A DNA stretch of 41,615 nt from a virus. Lineage: Duplodnaviria; Caudoviricetes. Position 1 is the stretch's first letter; every line of letters begins with the position of its first letter. Under the pieces are notes generated by a model. It did no database searches, was not told where the DNA came from, and was given only the letters and a program-made list of their open reading frames with translations. Positions 10,301 through 19,877 of the stretch are shown piece after piece. The DNA lies in IMG/VR virus record IMGVR_UViG_3300016665_000131, positions 1-41,615 of that record; one strand, written 5' to 3'. Both the position numbers and the translations under genes were made by a program.

Positions 10301-10850
10301 CAACAACACCCGTAAACGTAGGCGTCAAAGGGTTGCCAGTTCTTGGAACCTGCAATGTTGAAGGCGCAAAATATGGAACAAACGATTCAGCAATGACTGG
10401 AGTTGTCGAGGAAGTAACAATATCAAGATCAATAGCGTTACCCGGATCGACAAGCCAAGCAGTATCAGGAGCAGATACAGAAACTGCTAATTGAATCTGT
10501 CTGCCACCAGTAGATATGTACCAAAGAAACTTGGTTACTCCAAACCCACCAGCAGCTTTATACCAAACGTAGTCAGCAGGGTTTGATGATTCGGTGGCAT
10601 CATTCGAATTCCTCAAACCATAATATTGACGGTTTGTGGGGCTGTTGCTGAAGTTGGTGACACCATCATAACTGTCAGCATATTTGATAGCCATGTACTT
10701 ATATACATAGCCAGAGATGTTGCCGCCAGGAGAAACTACTTGTCCCGTATCAATGTCAATAACATTAGCTACAGGAAAGTTTCCAAGCAAATAGTTTACT
10801 GCCTCAACCACTTCTGATTGAGTTGGGTTTCCATCAAGTGCGAATGGCAT
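7305..10850 (-). CDS. Large tail fibre / host-specificity protein (1181 aa)
   Basis: Thr/Ser-rich beta repeats, short GxxGxxG linkers and the ITASKLSVSQLSAITADLGNITAG motif typical of fibre proteins. Confidence 0.8.
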   Translation of the reverse strand: MPFALDGNPTQSEVVEAVNYLLGNFPVANVIDIDTGQVVSPGGNISGYVYKYMAIKYADSYDGVTNFSNSPTNRQYYGLRNSNDATESSNPADYVWYKAAGGFGVTKFLWYISTGGRQIQLAVSVSAPDTAWLVDPGNAIDLDIVTSSTTPVIAESFVPYFAPSTLQVPRTGNPLTPTFTGVVASLYATNAGVTVPFTDAQTDTAVSFVNNSWRIGNSSTTGNADISYTNITVGNPTDGGDYAVWPAPTAMASSPAYITVPVRYKNSTGVVSQAGVATIQYLYSDPGAAGLNSPYIDISGFTGFSVNSGGAYTPTTATLSAITAAVTSPTYSWAITNATPTSSTNSTVVVTPNANVTSVTITLTVSGTNLGSPLSKTITLPITFDGTPGAAGANGVQSAFPSIYIWTGTSAVPTRPSTTSIYTWATGDYSAPTSWSTTSPSNTTPGNYLWQITIPLNESATAVTSTLDWTNTSYPIRCIAYNGANGANGNPASAMFLTSDAQTFTYNSAGNADPTSQTITFTANPQNLAGTTVFTATNYDSSNSPIGSPTLGGTGNTRTLAIADFGVADHCVVTASLSGYSDTITVVRLQDGLNTTTGYLTNEAVTVTTDSSGGSGNYTNAGGTFKVYNGTTDVTTSSAFSASASTGLTLSINATTGVYTVTGLTTPQGTATLTAVYGGVTITKEYSISKSYAGANGVNGTRTAILDMYLWSATTPTVFPSGTSTYTWATGQFTAPATPNGWSLTPPAAVLGQTLYIARTVYADSGTSATSTVTWSATTATSISASGQNGTRTAFLEVYQWAASTPTLFPSGTSTYTWADGTFTAPSTPNSWSLTPGASTAGYKLYACSVKYSDTDTTATSTVTWSTSTAYVVGSAGTNGTAGAATFLVTRTANDSSAPTNAEVNAVIGRDPVAGDIVTVSYNNANNAVVYRYTTSWVTQATYITGSLIVENTITASKLSVSQLSAITADLGNITAGDIKVGSNPLTPPLISGTTMTGTGAHIYNDGKVAFGNATTNIVFDGSSLYLNGFLNAAVASASATSIVSAVTLLSFSVSKLNQIIIQLSGEIQNSILNPNITVDNITNRVRISIYDSGLTTVYASQIVQSQLKAYISIIGSSTTTYGTTYPISFSLLPTLAAGNYAVVVQSIDQKFYNTASVNATTWALKTNTLSYSVFAYESKV

Positions 10851-12460
10851 TAGAAGGCATCCTCAACAACAATTGCTTGCCAGTTCAAAGCAGTCAGATT
10901 CCATGTGTCTGTAGCATCATTAGACTCTACTTTTACAGATTCTGTTCGACCATTATTCTGTTGAGTAGTAACCCACGGCGTATCGGTGACGATGCTGACA
11001 ATCCCTGTTTGTCCATAAACAGGAGTCTGTGCCGTAGAGTTTGCAGAACCAACAGTAATGTTTATCTTTCCAGTGCCAGATACTTCAGGCAACAATCTAT
11101 GAGCGTAGACCTTTGAAGAGAATGGAACAGGTCCTTCAGCAGTCTGAAAAACGATGTTGTTACGCTCAAACAAACACGGAATAGCAGAACCATTAAACGA
11201 GTTGCCTACACCTGTTTGCATCAGCTTTTGGCTGCTAACACCACCTCGAGCATACGTCACAGTACGAGATGCGTATTTAAAAGACCAAGTTGTACCGTTG
11301 TATGTTGCTTTAGGAGCTTCTGTGGCATTACAAGCATTTTGGACATCTCGAGGAGGATTCCATACTTGGAGGTCATAACGCCAAGAAAGCATCTTGTTGC
11401 ACCATCCAGTAGACGTCAGATCAGGATAGTAAATCTCAATCTGATTCTTTTGTGTGTTGTTGACCATAAACACACGGTCTGAATATGTAGGGCTCAGATT
11501 GGCATAAAAGTAATCACGAACTTTTTGGTTGCCAAGAGGTGAAAAGTTAGAACCATCAAACACCCAAATGTCTCGACTATCAACACCGTAGACATTGACA
11601 TCAGCATTTGACCAACAGTTATTGTTGATTAGTCCACGACCTTGGTTGAAAAGTCGAACGCCAAACACTGGGGTTGTGGTGTTTTGATAAGCAATAGGAG
11701 AAAAAACTACTGTGTCCCAATAAGAACAAACATAGAAGTTTGCTCCCAAAAAGAAACCATCAATCAACGGTCCTCGAACAGGAACTTCTTGTTCGTTAGC
11801 CACGTTACTTAATGTCGGCTCCCAAGTGGCAGGAATGCCTGTTTGAGCAAATGCTTGTGACCAGCGAACAGTGGTCGGATAGTTATATGACGTACCGGAA
11901 ATAACTTTTGTCAGATTTCCAGCAATCAAAATATTGCCTACGTTTGGCGAACAGTAGTTTCTGACAAACCCTGCTGTAGTAGACGTTACTCCAGTTTCAT
12001 AGTTCCATTCAGCATTTGCCGTAATGACCATTTCTGTTCCTGTTGGCAAAAAATACATTGGGTTTCTTAATCCATCATTGAAAAAGAAAACCCCGCCAAC
12101 TAGTGCAGAAGTAATATTTGTATCGTCAGAATAACCAGAAAGCGCCACATTAGGATTAGAACCGTAACCAGGCGTGATGTTGGTGATACCGGCAGTAGTA
12201 ATCATGTACCACTTGCCTTCTCTGGTAGCGACAATATAAACAAAACTGGTTTCTGATCTAAATCCTGATTCAACAAATATAGGATTGCCAGGAATGGCAG
12301 TCAGAATTTCTTGTTCACCAGAAACCTTTTTAATACCCCGCACATCTGCTTCTACATTGCGCCCAGAGTTATATTCATTCGGTCCAAGAGCATTACTCGG
12401 CACATCTGGAGTAAAACTCATGTTTACGAATGGAGTCCGCAGCGGGGTATATTGGCTCAT
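10850..12460 (-). CDS. Tail hub / head-stabilisation protein (P22 gp10-like beta-propeller)
   Basis: 536 aa, beta-rich, with VRWS and IWVFDGSNFSPLGNQKVRDYF motifs; synteny. Confidence 0.65.
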   Translation of the reverse strand: MSQYTPLRTPFVNMSFTPDVPSNALGPNEYNSGRNVEADVRGIKKVSGEQEILTAIPGNPIFVESGFRSETSFVYIVATREGKWYMITTAGITNITPGYGSNPNVALSGYSDDTNITSALVGGVFFFNDGLRNPMYFLPTGTEMVITANAEWNYETGVTSTTAGFVRNYCSPNVGNILIAGNLTKVISGTSYNYPTTVRWSQAFAQTGIPATWEPTLSNVANEQEVPVRGPLIDGFFLGANFYVCSYWDTVVFSPIAYQNTTTPVFGVRLFNQGRGLINNNCWSNADVNVYGVDSRDIWVFDGSNFSPLGNQKVRDYFYANLSPTYSDRVFMVNNTQKNQIEIYYPDLTSTGWCNKMLSWRYDLQVWNPPRDVQNACNATEAPKATYNGTTWSFKYASRTVTYARGGVSSQKLMQTGVGNSFNGSAIPCLFERNNIVFQTAEGPVPFSSKVYAHRLLPEVSGTGKINITVGSANSTAQTPVYGQTGIVSIVTDTPWVTTQQNNGRTESVKVESNDATDTWNLTALNWQAIVVEDAF

Positions 12461-13506
12461 ATCAACATCTGCTCAAGGTTAGATAACAGACGAGTGTCAT
12501 TTGGTTTAAATTCTAGGGCTTTCTTGCAAAATTCGATAGCCTGTTCTTTTAAACCAAGTCTCCACGCCGCTATAGACGCTAGATCGTATGGTTTTTCAGT
12601 CCATACTTCTGGGTCCATCGTATATACAGCCTGTTTATCAGTAATTGCCAGTGCCGATAAAGCAGCTGCATAACTCTCTGACCACAGTTCACGCCTGTAA
12701 GTCGCCATAGATAAATCTACCCAAGGCTCCCTAGTCCAAGAACATTCAGCCACCGCCAACCTATACCACTTCAATCCCTGATGCCAATCGCCTATTTCCT
12801 CGTGGGCTTTACCCAAAAGACGCATGGCATAACACCGCTCAGTCTCCCAAGTAGCACTCGGCAAGTCCAAATATCGCTTCAATGCATCAATTGCTTCTGC
12901 CCAGCGATAATGAAATGTCAATTCCCTTGCAAAGTAAAACGCATTCCTAGGGCAAACAGGGTCTTCTGTTGTCGCCACCTCTAACAGGTGCATATACTGA
13001 CCACGAGATTTACTCGAATCAGGATGATGACTGACTAGAAGTTTGTCAGTATGCGCCCACACTTCTGTTGTTCTAGGATCGGGTTTAGGCCACTCATGGA
13101 CAGGGTGTTTCCAAAAGTAGCCATCTCTACGATGTATCTTTTCGTAGTAAAAAGATATACCGCATCCCCAATCAAACTTGTATCTCAATCTAGTGGTGTC
13201 AGCAGTCCACACGCGCTCGATTTCTTCCCTCCAACCGGGCTCTAAGACCTCATCCAAATCTAGGGATATGCAGACATCAAAATCCCCAGGAATAAGGTTT
13301 AAAGCCGTATCTCGGGCTTTATCGAACCGCCAAGGACGGACGCTAATGCTGTAAACAGTAGCGCCACATTCCTTAGCCAACTCCACCGTGTTATCGGTAG
13401 AGCCAGTATCGGCAATCAAAATGAGGTCAGCTTGTTTGGCAGACTCGCAGAATCGCTTTACAAACTGTTCCTCATTTTTTGAAATAGCGTAAACCGCTAT
13501 CTTCAT
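12457..13506 (-). CDS. Glycosyltransferase family 2 with C-terminal TPR repeats
   Basis: KIAVYAISKNEE, DTGSTD, RFDKARD, SLDLDE (DxD) and VHE motifs, then TPR helices; start set at ATG 13506 by ATGA coupling. Confidence 0.9.
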   Translation of the reverse strand: MKIAVYAISKNEEQFVKRFCESAKQADLILIADTGSTDNTVELAKECGATVYSISVRPWRFDKARDTALNLIPGDFDVCISLDLDEVLEPGWREEIERVWTADTTRLRYKFDWGCGISFYYEKIHRRDGYFWKHPVHEWPKPDPRTTEVWAHTDKLLVSHHPDSSKSRGQYMHLLEVATTEDPVCPRNAFYFARELTFHYRWAEAIDALKRYLDLPSATWETERCYAMRLLGKAHEEIGDWHQGLKWYRLAVAECSWTREPWVDLSMATYRRELWSESYAAALSALAITDKQAVYTMDPEVWTEKPYDLASIAAWRLGLKEQAIEFCKKALEFKPNDTRLLSNLEQMLI

Positions 13507-13661
13507 TGCGCTTCCGCAGGAACCTCGGGCAATTGCTCTTTGAGTTGTTGTTGGATTTTTTGAACCAAAGGCCAAGCATTTGATCCAGTAGGAAGTTGCT
13601 CGAGAACTCGAACAATATCCATGACTTCACCAACCAACAAATTCAACGATACTTCTTTCAT
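13503..13661 (-). CDS. Small helical tail-fibre-associated protein (52 aa)
   Basis: Manual translation MKEVSLNLLVGEVMDIVRVLEQLPTGSNAWPLVQKIQQQLKEQLPEVPAEAQ; AAGGA RBS. Confidence 0.7.
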   Translation of the reverse strand: MKEVSLNLLVGEVMDIVRVLEQLPTGSNAWPLVQKIQQQLKEQLPEVPAEAQ

Positions 13662-13692
13662 TGCTATTCCTTAAAAGTTAACGGAAACTCTA

Positions 13693-13986
13693 TTATGCCC
13701 AAGGAACACCCGTTTCTACAACAGGATTCTTTTGTAGGGCAATGTTTTCAGCCAAAGCAGCTTCAGTAGCGTCTTTATCAACACCACTAGACCAGCACCA
13801 GTTAAGGACTTCTTGCTCGGTAACCTGAACATAAGGAATGCTAGGAGTGCCAGGAGCCCATGAGCAGGTGCTATAAATGCTTGCAGAATATTCACCATCA
13901 ACCGCAGAAGCAGTCCAGTGAGCAGTGGTGATGAAACCGTCAGAGGTCAAACGGTCGCATTGAGTTACTTTCCAAGTGATTTCCAT
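13693..13986 (-). CDS. Tail-fibre accessory/chaperone-like protein
   Basis: ITWKV...AHW...IPYVQVTEQEVLNW...GVPW pattern, directly downstream of the fibre gene. Confidence 0.65.
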   Translation of the reverse strand: MEITWKVTQCDRLTSDGFITTAHWTASAVDGEYSASIYSTCSWAPGTPSIPYVQVTEQEVLNWCWSSGVDKDATEAALAENIALQKNPVVETGVPWA

Positions 13987-13988
13987 GA

Positions 13989-16079
13989 TTACTTTCCTTC
14001 CAGTTGAGCTACTCGTTTACGCAGACTTTGAAGTTCTGCAATGATGTTTGCAATGAACTCAGCAGAACCATACTCCATTGCTTGATACCTAGGCTTACCG
14101 TCTTCATCAACAGCGTCTTTTTCACCAACCACAGAGTTAGGGCTGACTGCCTGAACCTCGTGAGCAATGAAGCCAACACCCTTGGACCCGTCTTGTTTCC
14201 AGTTCCAAGTCTTGGGTTGCAATGCGTCAATAAACTCACCAGAGCCAGTCAGAGGAGCTTGATTGTCTTTCAGGCGATAGTCGGAAGTGGTGTTGTAGGC
14301 GACTGCTGTAGTTCCGTTTTGAGTGATGGAACCAATACCTCCCCCTGCATACCCAAAAGCAGCATACGCAGTTGCTGTTACTGTTCCAGATGTATGACCA
14401 AGACCAATAGTTCCAGAAGGGAAAAGCTGCGCCCCATCTCCGTTTGCAGAAGACGATGTTTTCCCCACCAACAAGTTACCAGAGGAGTCAATACGGGCAC
14501 GTTCAAAGCCGTTGGTGACAATTTTGACTGCACCTGCGCCATCAGGGCCGAGCGAAAGATTGCTTGTACCTTGGGAATAAAGCCACGTTTCAAGAGCGCC
14601 GACACCAGCATAGCTATAGGTAGAACCAGTGCGGAAAAGCTGCGCGGCAAGGCTGTTGGTCGTATCCAGAACGCGAAGCCCTAGCGAGCCACCAGCAGAT
14701 ACCGTCCCTTGAATATCCAGCTTTGCACCCGGCGAAGTCGTCCCAATTCCAAGGTTCCCACTCGTATCCAGCGTCATTGCTTGGGTGAACGTGATGGCGT
14801 TTCCTGCTGTTCCGGAGGCTGCGATTGACCAAGCATGAGTCCCGCCTTGGACGTTGTAGAAAGTTGCTGGGCCTGTTCCTTTGTACTCCCAGCGAGAATC
14901 GGTCGCGTCAAAATATGCGTTATGGGTGACCCCACCGCTGTAATACGATGCTGCCGCACTTCCAACATCAAACGCTTTTACGGAGCTTACCCAAGCACTT
15001 GGAGTAACTCCTAGGCCGAGGTTGCCGGCAGCAGTTAGATACATTGCCTCAGTGCCAATCGCACTAGACGAACCGTTCACGATGAATGTAAAGCCACCGT
15101 CTGCGTTGTTTCCGATTGAGGAGTATTTGTTCGGAGTTGTAGCACCCAGTCTAAACAGCGGGTAATTTGGCGCAGTAAATTGACCGTTATAACTCCATCC
15201 TCCAACACCGGTCGTTGCAGTGTATGCGTCTAGTCTTGCCCCAGGAGAACTCGTACCAATACCCAGGTTACCGCTGGAGTTCAGGCGCATCAATTCTGTG
15301 CTGCTGTTGCTCCAAAGATAAACACCAGTACCATACAACGTCTGAGCTACATTTCCGTTATTTACGTTATTCTGAATCTGAAGGTTGTTTGACGCATCCA
15401 GATAGAAAGTGTTACGTGCCGTACCGCCACTATCTTTAAACTTGAATGCGACGTTGTTTGGCATCAAAATGACGCCATTCACATCTAGCTTTGCAGCAGG
15501 AGAACTCGTCCCAATCCCCAGACCTGTAGAGGTCAGGCGCATGCCTTCTGTTGCACCAGTTGATCCAAGTAAAAAAACGGTTTCGGTGTTGCCCCAAATA
15601 CCAAGACTTGTAACGGCAGTGTGAGTAATGCCGCCAACGGTCGCATTTGCAGAGTTCACCAACCGAATAAAGTTGTTCGTATTCCCATAATTGGCGGCTG
15701 AGTTTTTAAACACATAGCCATTGACAGCAGCCAAGTCGCCTTGCGCTGAAACAACTCCGCCACCAATAGCAGACGCGCTACCTACGGCAAAATTTGTCCC
15801 ATCAAACGTCAGCGCAGACCCAGTAGTCAGAACCTTGCTGGCGTTGAGATACGGGACACCGTTTGCTGTGCCGCCAGTTAATGTAATGCTTGTATAAGAA
15901 CCAGAGGTGGCTGCTTTTGTTGCCAATGTTTGGACAACACCAGCATTGTCTTTGTAAAACAAAATGCCATCAGTAATGTTAATGGCAAGTTCACCGCTAA
16001 CTAAATTAGCGGCAGTTGGCGCAGTAGCAGCAGTAGTGCTGTAATACAAAGAAATTGGTACATATCCGGTCTGAGCCAT
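13989..16079 (-). CDS. Tail fibre with C-terminal intramolecular chaperone (peptidase S74) domain
   Basis: GELAINITDGILFYKD N-terminus; repeated MRLxSSGNLGIGTSSP modules; TSDYRLKDN...GFIAHEVQ...LRKRVAQLE; start at ATG 16079. Confidence 0.9.
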   Translation of the reverse strand: MAQTGYVPISLYYSTTAATAPTAANLVSGELAINITDGILFYKDNAGVVQTLATKAATSGSYTSITLTGGTANGVPYLNASKVLTTGSALTFDGTNFAVGSASAIGGGVVSAQGDLAAVNGYVFKNSAANYGNTNNFIRLVNSANATVGGITHTAVTSLGIWGNTETVFLLGSTGATEGMRLTSTGLGIGTSSPAAKLDVNGVILMPNNVAFKFKDSGGTARNTFYLDASNNLQIQNNVNNGNVAQTLYGTGVYLWSNSSTELMRLNSSGNLGIGTSSPGARLDAYTATTGVGGWSYNGQFTAPNYPLFRLGATTPNKYSSIGNNADGGFTFIVNGSSSAIGTEAMYLTAAGNLGLGVTPSAWVSSVKAFDVGSAAASYYSGGVTHNAYFDATDSRWEYKGTGPATFYNVQGGTHAWSIAASGTAGNAITFTQAMTLDTSGNLGIGTTSPGAKLDIQGTVSAGGSLGLRVLDTTNSLAAQLFRTGSTYSYAGVGALETWLYSQGTSNLSLGPDGAGAVKIVTNGFERARIDSSGNLLVGKTSSSANGDGAQLFPSGTIGLGHTSGTVTATAYAAFGYAGGGIGSITQNGTTAVAYNTTSDYRLKDNQAPLTGSGEFIDALQPKTWNWKQDGSKGVGFIAHEVQAVSPNSVVGEKDAVDEDGKPRYQAMEYGSAEFIANIIAELQSLRKRVAQLEGK

Positions 16080-16089
16080 GATTTTTCCT

Positions 16090-16578
16090 TCAGAAAGTCC
16101 CGCCGCTGACGCCGCCAGCAACTGTCAAATAGATGTTACCTGTTTGCTGAACCCAAGTGCCAGATTCTTTTAACCACATAGTTTGTGGAGTTGTATTGGT
16201 TTGAAAATACAACTGGTTATCAGAACCATCACTAGGACCGGGAGCAACAGCACCAATCAAAATAGGCAACCCTGCGCCACTTGAATAAGCAAACTGACCA
16301 GGCGTTGACCAAGTTAATGTCGCGGGAGTTTTTGAGTTAACAAGCGCGATAGATACCCAGACAATGTTTGTTGGTGAAGTCGGTGGATTAACCGTCCAGC
16401 CTGTTGGCGGGGTTCCACTGTTGGTGGTGAAACTCCACGATCCTCCTGTTGGAGTTGCTGGTTGGGAACTTGAGACTTGGAAGATGTACCACTCAAAATA
16501 CGATCCTCCATAAGATGGATTATTTCCGTAAAGACCAGCAGTTTCTGCTACACCACCGTAAAAACCAGAGGTTGTCAT
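16090..16578 (-). CDS. Short fibre/decoration protein, paralogous to the collagen protein N-terminus
   Basis: Start MTTSGFYGG via TGATG coupling; shares PxTPTGGSWxFxTNxGTPPxGW with the upstream gene. Confidence 0.75.
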   Translation of the reverse strand: MTTSGFYGGVAETAGLYGNNPSYGGSYFEWYIFQVSSSQPATPTGGSWSFTTNSGTPPTGWTVNPPTSPTNIVWVSIALVNSKTPATLTWSTPGQFAYSSGAGLPILIGAVAPGPSDGSDNQLYFQTNTTPQTMWLKESGTWVQQTGNIYLTVAGGVSGGTF

Positions 16579-18302
16579 CAGAATGTTCCTCCAGCAATAT
16601 CTTTGTTCTTCCAAAGACTATTTGTTGCGTCATAAATCAAGCCTTGACCTGTCGTTGGACTTGTAATCAAAACATTATGAAGTTCGTTCAATTCCCAGCC
16701 GTTGTTAATACTAATCTGTATTTCGCCAACAGTCGCACTTGATCTAGTCACAACACCTAAATAAACCTCATGATTAGGAGCAACAGGCTTATTTGCAACG
16801 CCATAAACAACACCACCAGCAGTTGTCGGGGAAAGCCAAACTGGATCGCCTTCTGCCGCAGCAGATGTATCAATTCCAGAAATAACACCTTCTGTAATAA
16901 CCAGACCAATAGAACCAGTCGTTAATGTTGATTCAAGAAAACCTATAGTAGTTGCAGATGCAGATTCACTATTAGCTTGGGCTAAACTAATCAAAGCATT
17001 TGCACCAGTTGCCCCGGAAATATAAACAACAGCACCTTTATTGATAGTCGAGCCGGTTGCATTTTTAACAAACAACTTGACTTGGGTTGCGTAGTTATCA
17101 ATCCATTGTGTGTTGTAATCCGTCCCGTTAATCTTGGACAAGATTTGACCAGCAGTACCGCCAGCAGCAACTCCAGCACCTGTAGGACCTGTGGGACCAG
17201 TTGGACCCGTAGGCCCTGCAACAGTCGAAGCAGCACCGGTAGGTCCAGTAGGTCCGGTTGGACCGACAACAGTGGATGGAGCCCCTGTAGGACCGGTTGG
17301 ACCTGTAGGTCCAGGAACAACGCTATCAGCTCCTGTAGGGCCCGTAGGACCTGTTGGTCCAGCTACTGTAGAGTCCGCACCTGTTGGGCCTGTCGGGCCT
17401 TGGATACCTTGACTGCCCGTAGGCCCTGTTGGTCCCGTAGCGCCAATAGCACCGGATAGATTAACCGTCCAAGAAGCGTAGGTTCCAGAACCAACAGCTC
17501 TATAAACCTCGCAGATTAGTACGCCAGAAACCGCATCGTAAGAGGTAACCGTTGCATACATATAGTTTGACGAGTTGTTAAACAACAAAACGTCTTCACC
17601 AAAACTATATGCAAGGCTTGTCCCTATCGTCAGGGTTTTAGTCCCTGTACCAATTGAAAGCGTGGTTGTACTCGTGGTTTTAAATCGGTCGCCACTAGGA
17701 CCTGTCGGGCCTGTAGCACCCGTAGGACCAGTAATAGACGCACCTGTAGGTCCTGTAGGCCCTGCAACAGTAGATTGAGCGCCCGTAGGACCTGTGGGAC
17801 CCGTAGGACCAACAACGCCTTGTGCGCCCGTAGGACCTGTGATGGAGTTTCCTTGTGCGCCGGTAGGTCCAGTAGGTCCCTGAATGCCAGTAGGTCCGGT
17901 AATTGAGTTGCCTTGTGCGCCTGTGGGTCCGGTGGGTCCGGTTGGCCCTTGAATACCTGTGGGACCTGTCGGACCTTGCCGATAAATAGGACCAGGCGTG
18001 GACCAAACTAAAGAAGCAGGATTACGACTGTTGACAACCGCAATAGACATCCATGTTGCAGTTGTTGGGTTGGTAGAAGGACTGTTTGACCAACCAGATG
18101 GCGGCGTTCCAGCATTTGTCGCAAAGTTCCAAGAACCACCTGTAGGAGTGCTTGGTGCTGTGGCAGACTCAATGAAAATCAGGTATTCAAAGTAAGTGCC
18201 GCCAACGGTCGATGGGTTTCCATACAGACCAGAAGTTTCTGCGCCAGGAGCAGCAACTTGCGTACCGTTTGGAGAACTTCCATAAAGTCCACCTGTAGCC
18301 AT
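16578..18302 (-). CDS. Collagen-like (Gly-Pro-Thr repeat) fibre protein
   Basis: Two long GPT/GXT triplet tracts separated by a globular domain. Confidence 0.9.
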   Translation of the reverse strand: MATGGLYGSSPNGTQVAAPGAETSGLYGNPSTVGGTYFEYLIFIESATAPSTPTGGSWNFATNAGTPPSGWSNSPSTNPTTATWMSIAVVNSRNPASLVWSTPGPIYRQGPTGPTGIQGPTGPTGPTGAQGNSITGPTGIQGPTGPTGAQGNSITGPTGAQGVVGPTGPTGPTGAQSTVAGPTGPTGASITGPTGATGPTGPSGDRFKTTSTTTLSIGTGTKTLTIGTSLAYSFGEDVLLFNNSSNYMYATVTSYDAVSGVLICEVYRAVGSGTYASWTVNLSGAIGATGPTGPTGSQGIQGPTGPTGADSTVAGPTGPTGPTGADSVVPGPTGPTGPTGAPSTVVGPTGPTGPTGAASTVAGPTGPTGPTGPTGAGVAAGGTAGQILSKINGTDYNTQWIDNYATQVKLFVKNATGSTINKGAVVYISGATGANALISLAQANSESASATTIGFLESTLTTGSIGLVITEGVISGIDTSAAAEGDPVWLSPTTAGGVVYGVANKPVAPNHEVYLGVVTRSSATVGEIQISINNGWELNELHNVLITSPTTGQGLIYDATNSLWKNKDIAGGTF

Positions 18303-18311
18303 TGCTGTTCC

Positions 18312-19298
18312 TTATTTGAAGCTGTAGCGATACTCTCGCGGCTGAAATTCACTAACCAAGTGTTGGTCGCCACCACGCCACTTGCCACGATAATTCTGGT
18401 CTTCAATCACGCCATAAGCGTCATCAAATCTAGCCAACCATTTTTGTGCTTCATCTGTATTCTTATTTTTGTCGTAATAAGCATACAAAGTACCGTAGAA
18501 GTAACCTTCAGGAAATGAAGACAAAGCAGCATTGTTTTGAACCAACGGAACCAGAGGGTCGCCAGTTGGGCTAAACAAAAACGGGAAAGTGCGCAAGTAA
18601 TATGCTTTGATCGTTACGCCTTCACCGGGATTAGGCGTAAACACATAGTTGGGACCAACTTCAGAGAATGATGCTCGAATAACTCGAGGAACGCCAAAAG
18701 GTTTGACGTAAAGTTGGTCAATCATCCTGCGACGAATAATCTCTCGATCTCCAACCCGGTCGTAAATAATCCAAGGACCCATTGATGCAGCGTTGGAACC
18801 TGGCGGCACAGAACTGTTTGGCGTCTCTTGGAAAAAGAGAATAGGCGAATTCATGTCCGCAGGAATCGGAGCCAACCCCTGTGAATTCGTCACCAAGAAT
18901 GTCGGGGCATCGCCATAAGGATTTGTGCGCAATGCCGGTAGTTCAATCGTTCTCATTTTCAGTTCGGCAAACTGAATACACGACTGAATCTCAATAGAAG
19001 ACTGCGTTGGCAACTTCAAAATGGCAGTTGGCAAGGTCCACGAACCCCACATACCATCAGGATCATCTACAGTAATTGTGGTGCTTGAAACAGCAATAAC
19101 TACTGCAAAAGTGTTAATTGCAGAAGGTCCGATAAAGTCGCCAACAGAAATAACTGAAGTAGGATTTGCAGAAGTGGTGATAACGCCGGTCGTGCTGTTG
19201 AAAGCAGTTGCGTTGATCTCAGTGCTGAATGGAATGGCTCCTACCCATTGAGCAACACGACTAACAAGGACGTTAGCGGATTGAATAAATAGAGCCAT
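18312..19298 (-). CDS. Head-tail adaptor protein
   Basis: IQFAELKMR, FTPNP and YFYGTLYAYY...AQKWLARF motifs; position after the capsid gene. Confidence 0.6.
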   Translation of the reverse strand: MALFIQSANVLVSRVAQWVGAIPFSTEINATAFNSTTGVITTSANPTSVISVGDFIGPSAINTFAVVIAVSSTTITVDDPDGMWGSWTLPTAILKLPTQSSIEIQSCIQFAELKMRTIELPALRTNPYGDAPTFLVTNSQGLAPIPADMNSPILFFQETPNSSVPPGSNAASMGPWIIYDRVGDREIIRRRMIDQLYVKPFGVPRVIRASFSEVGPNYVFTPNPGEGVTIKAYYLRTFPFLFSPTGDPLVPLVQNNAALSSFPEGYFYGTLYAYYDKNKNTDEAQKWLARFDDAYGVIEDQNYRGKWRGGDQHLVSEFQPREYRYSFK

Positions 19299-19307
19299 AA
19301 CTCATCC

Positions 19308-19814
19308 TTACTTGGTGGCTATTAGAGGATTATAGGGAATTGGGATTTTTCCGCTAGGGTGGCAAACAAAATCAGAATAGAACTGATTAACAATAGCGTA
19401 AAACTTAATCTTGTCTTCTTTGTCTCGTTTAATGAGTTCCCAAGGACGATTATTAAACCACTTGGATTCAATTTCCCTAGCAAAACATTTAGGAAGATTC
19501 ATCATATGAGCAGTATTGGGAAAGAAAGGATTATCTGTCCCATGTTCTTTATAAAACTCTCGTAGGTTTTTACATTCTTGACGAATGGCTTCTACGTTTT
19601 TTTGCTCATATTGGACATAACGCTCCCCATCTTGAGCGCCAACTTTATATTTCATGTTTCCAGTATCAAAGGTCTGTGACCAAGTACCGGATTTAACTTC
19701 ATTGAAGAGTTTGTCGTTTTGACGGAAAACCCCGTCCACACCAGCTTCTAGAATACCTTTTGAATAGTATTCCTCGTTGATGACGGCTTCTTCGTTGTTT
19801 GCATTCAATCCCAT
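19308..19814 (-). CDS. Hypothetical protein downstream of the capsid gene
   Basis: AAGGAG RBS; 168-aa ORF within the operon. Confidence 0.7.
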   Translation of the reverse strand: MGLNANNEEAVINEEYYSKGILEAGVDGVFRQNDKLFNEVKSGTWSQTFDTGNMKYKVGAQDGERYVQYEQKNVEAIRQECKNLREFYKEHGTDNPFFPNTAHMMNLPKCFAREIESKWFNNRPWELIKRDKEDKIKFYAIVNQFYSDFVCHPSGKIPIPYNPLIATK

Positions 19815-19832
19815 ACGACTCTACTCCTTTAC

Positions 19833-19858
19833 AAAGGAGCCCCTTTCGGAGCCCCTTC
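19833..19858 (-). terminator. Hairpin/terminator after the major capsid gene
   Basis: Minus strand AAGGGGCTCC-GAAA-GGGGCTCCTTT, a GNRA-loop stem with a short T tail. Confidence 0.7.
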
Positions 19859-19877
19859 AGAAAGGCAATTAAGCCAA

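Noticed and set aside
14004-14684. 226-aa plus-strand ORF
   Set aside because: Antisense to the tail fibre chaperone domain; no independent support
7305-16079. Diversity-generating retroelement or invertase acting on the fibres
   Set aside because: No reverse transcriptase or recombinase, and I saw no adenine-specific TR/VR pair
17082-18006. GPVGPV and R-rich ORFs over the collagen region; possible CRISPR-like periodicity
   Set aside because: Alternative frames of the GPT codon repeats; no constant repeat with unique spacers
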